DNA of 64,000 nt from Saccostrea cucullata (taxonomy: Eukaryota), in the NCBI RefSeq assembly GCF_032062105.1, contig NW_026923709.1, positions 124,001-188,000 of the forward strand. Reading direction: 5' to 3'. The notes beneath the pieces were generated by a model. The model saw only the letters and a program-made list of their open reading frames with translations. It did no database searches and was not told the origin of the DNA. Position 1 is the stretch's first letter; each line of letters begins with the position of its first letter. The position numbers and the translations under genes are program-made. Below are positions 54,901 to 64,000 of this stretch, piece after piece.

Positions 54901-57900
54901 CTGAGAGTGATGACACTTAGTAATGTGGTGAGTACTGATAGAAATCAGTGTGTGAGACCATACTGAGAGTGATGACACTTAGTAATGTGGTGAGTATACT
55001 GATAGAAATCAGTGTGTGAGACCGTACTGAGAGTGATGACACTTAGTAATGTGGTGAGTACTGATAGAAATCAGTGTGTGAGACCGTACTGAGAGTGATG
55101 ACACTTAGTAATGTGGTGAGTACTGATAGAAATCAGTGTGTGAGACCATACTGAGAGTGATGACACTTAGTAATGTGGTGAGTACTGATAGAAATCAGTG
55201 TGTGAGACCATACTGAGAGTGATGACACTTAGTACTGTGGTGAGTACTGATAGAAGTCAGTGTGTGTGTCTACTGATAGAAGTCAGTGTGTGAGACCGTA
55301 CTGAGAGTGATGACACTTAGTAATGTGGTGAGTACTGATAGAAATCAGTGTGTGAGACCATACTGAGAGTGATGACACTTAGTAATGTGGTGAGTACTGA
55401 TAGAAGTCAGTGTGTGAGACCGTACTGAGAGTGATGACACTTAGTAATGTGGTGAGTATACTGATAGAAATCAGTGTGTGAGACCATACTGAGAGTGATG
55501 ACACTTAGTAATGTGGTGAGTACTGATAGAAATCAGTGTGTGAGACCGTACTGAGAGTGATGACACTTAGTAATGTGGTGAGTACTGATAGAAATCAGTG
55601 TGTGAGACCGTACTGAGAGTGATGACACTTAGTAATGTGGTGAGTACTGATAGAAATCAGTGTGTGAGACCATACTGAGAGTGATGACACTTAGTAATGT
55701 GGTGAGTACTGATAGAAATCAGTGTGTGAGACCATACTGAGAGTGATGACACTTAGTAATGTGGTGAGTACTGATAGAAATCAGTGTGTGAGACCGTACT
55801 GAGAGTGATGACACTTAGTAATGTGGTGAGTACTGATAGAAATCAGTGTGTGAGACCGTACTGAGAGTGATGACACTTAGTAATGTGGTGAGTACTGATA
55901 GAAATCAGTGTGTGTGTGAGTACTGATAGAAATCAGTGTGTACTGAGAGTGATGACACTTAGTAATGTGGTGAGTACTGATAGAAATCAGTGTGTGAGAC
56001 CATACTGAGAGTGATGACACTTAGTAATGTGGTGAGTACTGATAGAAATCAGTGTGTGAGACCATACTGAGAGTGATGACACTTAGTAATGTGGTGAGTA
56101 CTGATAGAAATCAGTGTGTGAGACCATACTGAGAGTGATGACACTTAGTAATGTGGTGAGTACTGATAGAAATCAGTGTGTACTGAGAGTGATGACACTT
56201 AGTAATGTGTTGTGTACTGATAGTACTGAGTGTGAGAGACCATACTGAGAGTGATGACACTTAGTAATGTGGTGAGTACTGATAGAAATCAGTGTGTGAG
56301 ACCGTACTGAGAGTGATGACACTTAGTAATGTGGTGAGTACTGATAGAAATCTGTGTGTGAGACCGTACTGAGAGTGATGACACTTAGTAATGTGGTGAG
56401 TATACTGATAGAAATCAGTGTGTGAGACCATACTGAGAGTGATGACACTTAGTAATGTGGTGAGTATACTGATAGAAATCAGTGTGTGAGACCATACTGA
56501 GAGTGATGACACTTAGTAATGTGGTGAGTAGTGATAGAAATCAGTGTGTGAGACCATACTGAGAGTGATGACACTCAGTAATGTGGTGAGTACTGATAGA
56601 AATCAGTGTGTGTGAGAGTGATGACACTTAGTAATGTGGTGAGTACTGATAGAAGTCAGTGTGTGAGACCATACTGAGAGTGATGACACTTAGTAATGTG
56701 GTGGGTACTGATAGAAATCAGTGTGTGAGACCGTACTGAGAGTGATGACACTCAGTAATGTGGTGAGTACTGATAGAAATCAGTGTGTGAGACCATACTG
56801 AGAGTGATGACACTTAGTAATGTGGTGAGTACTGATAGAAATCAGTGTGTGAGACCATACTGAGAGTGATGACACTTAGTAATGTGGTGAGTACTGATAG
56901 AAATCAGTGTGTGAGACCATACTGAGAGTGATGACACTTAGTAATGTGGTGAGTATACTGATAGAAATCAGTGTGTGAGACGGTACTGAGAGTGATGACA
57001 CTTAGTAATGTGGTGAGTACTGATAGAAATCAGTGTGTGAGACCATACTGAGAGTGATGACACTTAGTAATGTGGTGAGTATACTGATAGAAATCAGTGT
57101 GTGAGACCGTACTGAGAGTGATGACACTTAGTAATGTGGTGAGTACTGATAGAAATCAGTGTGTGAGTGTGTAATCAGTGTGTGAGAGTGATGTAGTAAT
57201 GTGGTGAGTACTGATAGAAATCAGTGTGTGAGACCGTACTGAGAGTGATGACACTTAGTAATGTGGTGAGTACTGATAGAAATCAGTGTGTGAGACCATA
57301 CTGAGAGTGATGACACTTAGTAATGTGGTGAGTATACTGATAGAAATCAGTGTGTGAGACCATACTGAGAGTGATGACACTTAGTAATGTGGTGAGTACT
57401 GATAGAAATCAGTGTGTGAGACCATACTGAGAGTGATGACACTTAGTAATGTGGTGAGTATACTGATAGAAATCAGTGTGTGAGACCATACTGAGAGTGA
57501 TGACACTGAGTAATGTGGTGAGTATACTGATAGAAATCAGTGTGTGACCATACTGAGAGTGATGACACTTAGTAATGTGGTGAGTACTGATAGAAATCAG
57601 TGTGTGAGACCATACTGAGAGTGATGACACTTAGTAATGTGGTGAGTACTGATAGAAATCAGTGTGTGAGACCATACTGAGAGTGATGACACTTAGTAAT
57701 GTGGTGAGTACTGATAGAAATCAGTGTGTGAGACCATACTGAGAGTGATGACACTTAGTAATGTGGTGAGTATACTGATAGAAATCAGTGTGTGAGACCA
57801 TACTGAGAGTGATGACACTTAGTAATGTGGTGAGTACTGATAGAAATCAGTGTGTGAGACCATACTGAGAGTGATGACACTTAGTAATGTGGTGAGTACT

Positions 57901-60900
57901 GATAGAAATCAGTGTGTGAGACCATACTGAGAGTGATGACACTTAGTAATGTGGTGAGTACTGATAGAAATCAGTGTGTGAGACCATACTGAGAGTGATG
58001 ACACTTAGTAATGTGGTGAGTACTGATAGAAATCAGTGTGTGAGACCATACTGAGAGTGATGACACTTAGTAATGTGGTGAGTACTGATAGAAATCAGTG
58101 TGTGAGACCATACTGAGAGTGAGTGTGTGACACTTAGTAATGTGGTGAGTATACTGATAGAAATCAGTGTGTGAGACCGTACTGAGAGTGATGACACTTA
58201 GTAATGTGGTGAGTACTGATAGAAATCAGTGTGTGAGACCATACTGAGAGTGATGACACTTAGTAATGTGGTGAATGATGAAATCACTGAGAGTGATGTG
58301 ATGTGGTGAGTATACTGAGAGTGATGACACTTGATAAATCAGTGTGTGAGACCATACTGAGAGTGATGACACTTAGTAATGTGGTGAGTAAACTGATAGA
58401 AATCAGTGTGTGAGACAGTAGTGAGAGATATGACACTTAGTAATGTGGTGAGTGTACTGATAGAAATCAGTGTGTGAGACCATACTGAGAGTGATGACAC
58501 TTAGTAATGTGGTGATAGAAGAAATCAGTGTGTGAGACCGTACTGAGAGTGATGACACTTAGTAATGTGGTGAGTACTGATAGAAATCAGTGTGTGAGAC
58601 CGTACTGAGAGTGATGACACTTAGTAATGTGGTGAGTACTGATAGAAATCAGTGTGTGTGTGATGACACTTAGTAATGTGGTGAGTACTGATAGAAATCA
58701 GTGTGTGAGACCGTACTGAGAGTGATGACACTTAGTAATGTGGTGAGTACTGATAGAAATCAGTGTGTGAGACCGTACTGAGAGTGATGACACTTAGTAA
58801 TGTGGTGAGTACTGATAGAAATCAGTGTGTGAGACCATACTGAGAGTGATGACACTTAGTAATGTGGTGAGTATACTGATAGAAATCGTACTGAGAGTGT
58901 GTGTGAGTACTGATAGAAATCAGTGTGTGAGACCATACTGAGAGTGATGACACTAGTAATGTGGTAGTACTGATAGAAATCAGTGTGTGAGACCATACTG
59001 AGAGTGATGACACTTAGTAATGTGGTAAGTACTGATAGAAATCAGTGTGTGAGACCATACTGAGAGTGATGACACTTAGTAATGTGGTGAGTACTGATAG
59101 AAATCAGTGTGTGAGACCGTACTGAGAGTGATGACACTTAGTAATGTGGTGAGTACTGATAGAAATCAGTGTGTGAGACCATACTGAGAGTGATGACACT
59201 TAGTAATGTGGTGAGTACTGATAGAAATCAGTGTGTGAGACCATACTGAGAGTGATGACACTTAGTAATGTGGTGAGTATACTGATAGAAATCAGTGTGT
59301 GAGACCATACTGAGAGTGATGACACTTAGTAATGTGGTGAGTACTGATAGAAATCAGTGTGTGAGACCATACTGAGAGTGATGACACTTAGTAATGTGGT
59401 GAGACCATACTACTGATAGAAATCAGTGTGTGAGACCATACTGAGAGTGATGACACTTAGTAATGTGGTGAGTACTGATAGAAATCAGTGTGTGAGACCA
59501 TACTGAGAGTGATGACACTGAGTAATGTGGTGAGTACTGATAGAAATCAGTGTGTGAGACCGTACTGAGAGTGATGACACTTAGTAATGTGGTGAGTACT
59601 GATAGAAATCAGTGTGTGATACCATACTGAGAGTGATGACACTTAGTAATGTGGTGAGTACTGATAGAAATCAGTGTGTGAGACCGTACTGAGAGTGATG
59701 ACACTTAGTAATGTGGTGAGTACTGATAGAAATCAGTGTGTGAGACCGTACTGAGAGTGATGACAGTAATGTGGTGAGTACTGATAGAAATCAGTGTGTG
59801 AGACCATACTGAGAGTGATGACACTTAGTAATGTGGTGAGTAGTGATAGAAATCAGTGTGTGAGACCGTACTGAGAGTGATGACACTTAGTAATGTGGTG
59901 AGTACTGATAGAAATCAGTGTGTGAGACCGTACTGAGAGTGATGACACTTAGTAATGTGGTGAGTACTGATAGAAATCAGTGTGTGAGACCATACTGAGA
60001 GTGATGACACTTAGTAATGTGGTGAGTACTGAGAGAAATCAGTGTGTGAGACCATACTGAGAGTGATGACACTTAGTAATGTGGTGAGTACTGATAGAAA
60101 TCAGTGTGTGAGACCATACTGAGAGTGATGACACTTAGTAATGTGGTGAGTACTGATAGAAATCAGTGTGTGAGACCATACTGAGAGTGATGACACTTAG
60201 TATTGTGGTGAGTACTGATTGAAATCAGTGTGTGAGACCATACTGAGAGTGATGACACTTAGTAATGTGGTGAGTATACTGATAGAAATCAGTGTGTGAG
60301 ACCATACTGAGAGTGATGACACTTAGTAATGTGGTGAGTACTGATAGAAATCAGTGTGTGAGACCATACTGAGAGTGATGACACTTAGTAATGTGGTGAG
60401 TACTGATAGAAATCAGTGTGTGAGACCGTACTGAGAGTGATGACACTTAGTAATGTGGTGAGTATACTGATAGAAATCAGTGTGTGAGACCATACTGAGA
60501 GTGATGACACTTAGTAATGTGGTGAGTACTGATAGAAATCAGTGTGTGAGACCATACTGAGAGTGATGACACTTAGTAATGTGGTGAGTACTGATAGAAA
60601 TCAGTGTGTGAGACCATACTGAGAGTGATGACACTTAGTAATGTGGTGAGTACTGATAGAAATCAGTGTGTGAGACCATACTGAGAGTGATGACACTTAG
60701 TAATGTGGTGAGTACTGATAGAAATCAGTGTGTGAGACCATACTGAGAGTGATGACACTTAGTAATGTGGTGAGTACTGATAGAAATCAGTGTGTGAGAC
60801 CATACTGAGAGTGATGACACTTAGTAATGTGGTGAGTACTGATAGAAATCAGTGTGTGAGACCGTACTGAGAGTGATGACACTTAGTATGTGGTGAGTAC

Positions 60901-63900
60901 TGATAGAAATCAGTGTGTGAGACCGTACTGAGAGTGATGACACTTAGTAATGTGGTGAGTACTGATAGAAATCAGTGTGTGAGACCATACTGAGAGTGAT
61001 GACACTTAGTAATGTGGTGAGTATACTGATAGAAATCAGTGTGTGAGACCGTACTGAGAGTGATGACACTTAGTAATGTGGTGAGTACTGATAGAAATCA
61101 GTGTGTGAGACCATACTGAGAGTGATGACACTTAGTAATGTGGTGAGTACTGATAGAAGTCAGTGTGTGAGACCGTACTGAGAGTGATGACACTTAGTAA
61201 TGTGGTGAGTACTGATAGAAATCAGTGTGTGAGACCATACTGAGAGTGATGACACTTAGTAATGTGGTGAGTACTGATAGAAATCAGTGTGTGAGACCAT
61301 ACTGAGAGTGATGACACTTAGTAATGTGGTGAGTACTGATAGAAGTCAGTGTGTGAGACCGTACTGAGAGTGATGTACTGAGAGTGATGAACTTAGTAAT
61401 GTGGTGAGTACTGATAGAAATCAGTGTGTGAGACCGTACTGAGAGTGATGACACTTAGTAATGTGGTGAGTACTGATAGAAATCAGTGTGTGAGACCATA
61501 CTGAGAGTGATGACACTTAGTAATGTGGTGAGTACTGATAGAAATCAGTGTGTGAGACCGTACTGAGAGTGATGACACTTAGTAATGTGGTGAGTACTGA
61601 TAGAAATCAGTGTGTGAGACCATACTGAGAGTGATGACACTTAGTAATGTGGTGAGTACTGATAGAAATCAGTGTGTGAGACCATACTGAGAGTGATGAC
61701 ACTTAGTAATGTGGTGAGTACTGATAGAAATCAGTGTGTGAGACCATACTGAGAGTGATGACACTTAGTAATGTGGTGAGTACTGATAGAAATCAGTGTG
61801 TGAGACCATACTGAGAGTGATGACACTTAGTAATGTGGTGAGTACTGATAGAAATCAGTGTGTGAGACCATACTGAGAGTGATGACACTTAGTAATGTGG
61901 TGAGTATACTGATATAAATCAGTGTGTGAGACCGTACTGAGAGTGATGACACTTAGTAATGTGGTGAGTACTGATAGAAATCAGTGTGTGAGACCGTACT
62001 GAGAGTGATGACACTTAGTAATGTGGTAAGTACTGATAGAAATCAGTGTGTGAGACCATACTGAGAGTGATGACACTTAGTAATGTGGTGAGTACTGATA
62101 GAAATCAGTGTGTGAGACCATACTGAGAGTGATGACACTTAGTAATGTGGTGAGTACTGATAGAAATCAGTGTGTGAGACCGTACTGAGAGTGATGACAC
62201 TTAGTAATGTGGTGAGTACTGATAGAAATCAGTGTGTGAGACCGTACTGAGAGTGATGACACTTAGTAATGTGGTGAGTACTGATAGAAATCAGTGTGTG
62301 AGACCGTACTGAGAGTGATGACACTTAGTAATGTGGTGAGTACTGATAGAAATCAGTGTGTGAGACCATACTGAGAGTGATGACTTAGTAATGTGGAAGT
62401 ATCAGTGTGTGAGACCATACTGAGAGTGATGACACTTAGTAATGTGGTGAGTATACTGATAGAAATCAGTGTGTGAGACCGTACTGAGAGTGATGACACT
62501 TAGTAATGTGGTGAGTATACTGATAGAAATCAGTGTGTGAGACCGTACTGAGAGTGATGACACTGAGTAACGTGGTGAGTACTGATAGAAATCAGTGTGT
62601 GAGACCGTACTGAGAGTGATGACACTTAGTAATGTGGTGAGTATACTGATAGAAATCAGTGTGTGAGACCGTACTGAGAGTGATGACACTTAGTAATGTG
62701 GTGAGTACTGATAGAAATCATAGAAATCAGTGTGTGAGACCGTACTGAGAGTGATGACACTTAGTAATGTGGTGAGTACCAATAAAACACAGAGTTTGAT
62801 AATATAATTGGTAATGTGGTTAATACCAATACAAATACAGAGTTTGAGACTATCCTTAGTAATATGGTGAATGCCAATACCAATGTAAAATATTTGTGTA
62901 TTGACAATTATTTTTTTTTGCAGATGGTGACATCTTGTGGAATGAAGGCTTTATATAGCCTCTTTAATGGAAATCCCAGGGTTACTACTCTGAATGCAGA
63001 ACTGAATGCACAAATGATCAAAGTAGGTTTAGAAACCCATGTACATGTTTTATAACCACGCAATACATTGATGTACGGTCCATAAGGCCGTCAATCAGCT
63101 GTCAATTATGTCTGTATTTGTATTTTGTAGGCTTTGTATGAATACCAACCTTCAAATAATGATGTACAACCAATGAAGGCGTGGCTAGCAGTAATGGAGG
63201 CAGCACATAAAAATCTGACAAGGTAAACAGTCATTAGTGTTCCCATGAGACAAATCAGGTTTAAGGCCTAAAGAAAATAAATAACTTGATTCTCAGGCCA
63301 GTTTTGTCACGAACAAATAGGGGAAGCAGGTTTTTTTCTTTATACTTCATAAACACAGGCACCAGCTTTTAGATTTTTTTTATAATTTCAAAAATTATAA
63401 ATTTTTGTAAATGCTTCAATATTGAGTGTAGAAATGGGAATAAAAAGGTATTTACAGTATTACAGAAAAAAAAAATTCTTTTTGGTCGCTGATTATTTTG
63501 TGGTGAATTTCAGACTGGATGAGAAGCTCTGTCTTGGACACCTCCCCCGTTTCTTCTCGGTGTGTATGATGTGTCTTCTGTCTGAGAAAGCCGAGGTCAA
63601 CTCTAGTGCCGCAAAAACCATGAAGGTCTGTATATCTGATCTGTCTATTGTAGTACTCTATACAGGGTTATTCTTGCCCCCATGTTATTTTCGCCCTTTC
63701 ACACTTGTAAACAAATTTGCCCCATTTTGAATTTGTTTTAGAATTATAATACTGTATTCTTTGAATTCGTCCTGTTTTTAATTCCCCCAAATAAGGGTTG
63801 GGAGGAGAAGGGGCAAAATAAAATGGAGGTGAAAATTGGATAGTTTGCATCCCGGGAAGAATGATCAAGAAATCAAATAAACTAATTTTCAGAGTTGTCG

Positions 63901-64000
63901 CAGAGAAATGAAATGAAAATGAAAAATAAAACATTATTAATCAATGTTACAGGAGCTGCTGAGGGCCTGTCTGGCCTCTGCTGTAGAGGGCGCTAAACAA
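42937..64000 (+). CDS. RRP12: RRP12-like ribosomal RNA processing protein (5' part; continues beyond window)
   Basis: Coding exons 42937-43093, 49939-50150, 50515-50598, 50808-50884, 51123-51228, 51537-51653, 52214-52355, 52938-53065, 62924-63022, 63131-63222, 63514-63625 and 63953-edge; all GT-AG and in phase. Recognisable RRP12 segments: [112 protein letters not shown]. Confidence 0.95.
43302..47981 (+). mobile_element. Full-length Ty3/Gypsy (Mag-like) LTR retrotransposon in RRP12 coding intron 1
   Basis: Identical 181-bp LTRs 43302-43482 and 47801-47981 (TGTTATG...CATAACA); TSD TTATT at 43297-43301 and 47982-47986; PBS TGGCGACGAGGAT (43484-43496, complementary to tRNA-Ser(GCU) 3' end); PPT AGTGGGGAGGAA 47789-47800. 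Confidence 0.98.
43505..47566 (+). CDS. Gag-Pol polyprotein, single ORF, 1353 aa
   Basis: Two CCHC knuckles ([28 protein letters not shown]), protease LDTGA, RT ([16 protein letters not shown]), RNase H (DAS, DH, NADSLSR), integrase HHCC plus DDE (HIDFAGP, SDNG, ER); PR-RT-RH-IN order. Confidence 0.97.
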   Translation: MAKFAAIGRIDIFDNNVETWNSYSERLDQYFVCNDVKEEKKVPALLSLIGGKTYQLLRGLTAPTKPADVEYAALVKILGDHLNPPPVVISERFRFYKRDQREGESIRDYIADLRRLSEHCAFKDSLNESLRDRLVCGLRSEAIQNKLLAEKDLTLEKATQIAQAMETAFKDATELQSKHVGMVNKLGVRQKKGYHSAGTGVRSPQPNMPKVKRGTNSKKCFRCNSTAHDQSQCYYKDKQCYNCSKIGHCKKACRKTKEVHNVDWSENLIGSLDVNSVEKTHSGAIVVNTNIDGVDVDMELDTGAAVSVMSKKKFCEYFPGRIKNLPESNMCLKTYTGEILKPCGVARVNVSHNNQKKDLDLYVMQKAGPTLFGREWLQQISLDWPSIKSMSCVTDKISDTCSDNVKADLKHMLEKHRSVFQSDIGTVKGIEATLNLKPDAKPKFCKARSVPYALKPKVEAELDKLVRDGIITKVDYSEWATPIVPVIKSDKNVRICGDFKVTLNPVLEIDQYPLPRIEDIFAALAGGKRFTKLDLRHAYLQMRVNEESRNLLTINTEKGLYRYNRLVYGVASAPAIWQRTIDTVLQGLTGVKCIIDDMIITGSSEEEHLKNLEAVLTRLDEYNLRVNLNKCEFFRERVSYCGHEIDCEGLHKTQSKIEAVVSAPKPKNVSELRSFLGIVNYYARFLPNLSSLLYPLHQLLSKSRKWSWSSECDKAFSEVKQLITSDEILTHYDPQREVRLACDASPYGLGCVLSHVMDDGSERPIAYASRSLSSAERNYSQIDREALGIVWGVKRFHTYLYGRHFTLLTDHRPLVSIFSPSKGVSVTTAARMQRYALFLSGYDYDIMYKNTKAHGNADSLSRLPLSDCESDDDYQDIDLMYLPQFETLPITSDRIRQETGRDPVTVKVYGYTMNGWSFSVKADDKDLYPYFTRKDELTIHNGCLLWGMRVVVPTKLRDHILKELHLGHIGVVKMKALARSVVWWPGIDLDIERITKACSGCQEFKRAPPAAPIHPWEWPTKPWERIHIDFAGPFMNWMFLVAVDAHSKWPEVIMMRETTSHKTIEVLRSIFARNGVPTVLVSDNGPQFMSDEFGNFIRTNGIKHVTSAPYHPSSNGLAERFVQSFKSAMKSSKKDGGSVETKLSNFLLAYRNAAHSTTGESPAKLFIGRSLQSRLDLIKPDIEQNVKNKQFHIASKRSSSLRVFEPGHSIIVRDYRHSSKSDWVPGTVQEQTGPVSYRVQVGDNTWRRHVDQIYDSSLKNQGVVPSDLEKFVPQVHVPTPTVSAKQSSPEVFPQGTKVRQSTPEVFNRKKANSPIQEQKSQPEVRTEPTILARQNPRRNVGPPKRFSDYVTFK
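48144..48361. mobile_element. TA-flanked MITE (Tc1/mariner-pogo type)
   Basis: TA|CTGTAAACCAACTTTTATTCGTG ... CACGAATAAAAGTTGGTTTACCG|TA. Confidence 0.8.
48689..49567. mobile_element. TA-flanked pogo/Tigger-type non-autonomous element
   Basis: TA|CCGTATAATGGGTATTTTTTAC ... GTAAAAATAACCCGTTATACGG|TA. Confidence 0.75.
51631..52075 (+). repeat. Degenerate ~30-bp tandem array derived from the RRP12 exon 6 end plus donor site (~13 copies)
   Basis: Seed TCACAGTCAACAAAAAGCCTAAG|GTATCA; consensus of copies TCACTGACAACAAAAAACCCAAGGTATTA. Confidence 0.85.
52367..52575. mobile_element. TA-flanked MITE in RRP12 intron 7
   Basis: TACTGTGAACTCAGTTATTTTCGTGGG ... CCCACGAAAATATGCGATTTTACAGTA imperfect TIRs. 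Confidence 0.6.
53017..62779 (+). repeat. ~9.8-kb minisatellite, ~155 copies of a 62/64-bp unit = RRP12 exon 8 3' end plus 5' splice site
   Basis: Unit GAAATCAGTGTGTGAGACCATACTGAGAGTGATGACACTTAGTAATGTG|GTGAGT(AT)ACTGATA; the first copy is the coding exon end (53017-53065). Copy number is array length divided by unit length. Confidence 0.98.

Noticed and set aside
53005-62689. Minus-strand repetitive ORFs ([15 protein letters not shown]...)
   Set aside because: Chance open frames on the antisense strand of the minisatellite; they shift frame between units.
53017-62779. CRISPR array
   Set aside because: Units are head-to-tail with no unique spacers, derive from a host exon, sit in a eukaryotic intron, and no cas genes are present.

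Overview
AT-rich, intron-containing animal DNA, most likely an oyster (Ostreidae): it carries CvA/Cg170-type Helentron-derived repeats with ~166-bp internal satellite units. Genes reconstructed from splice signals: (i) a 123-aa, 4-exon type I membrane protein with a granulin-like 8-Cys ectodomain (5731-8497, +), absent from the ORF track; (ii) a secreted two-EF-hand pseudogene (24816-26148, +) with a 9.4-kb IS3EU-like TIR element (15373-24777) just upstream of its first coding exon; (iii) threonine synthase-like 2 (33818-37462, -; 8 coding exons, probable GC-AG intron); (iv) the 5' part of RRP12 (42937 to window end, +; 12 coding exons seen). RRP12 intron 1 holds an intact Gypsy (Mag-like) LTR retrotransposon with identical LTRs. 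The most unusual feature is a ~9.8-kb array of ~155 copies of a 62/64-bp unit in RRP12 intron 8. Each unit is the last 16 codons of exon 8 plus its 5' splice site, and the substitution variants between units are mostly synonymous or donor-preserving. An older array of the same type lies behind RRP12 exon 6. The rest is nested MITEs, HINEs, a SINE, a Penelope-like fragment and one N gap. All calls are by eye; no database searches were run.
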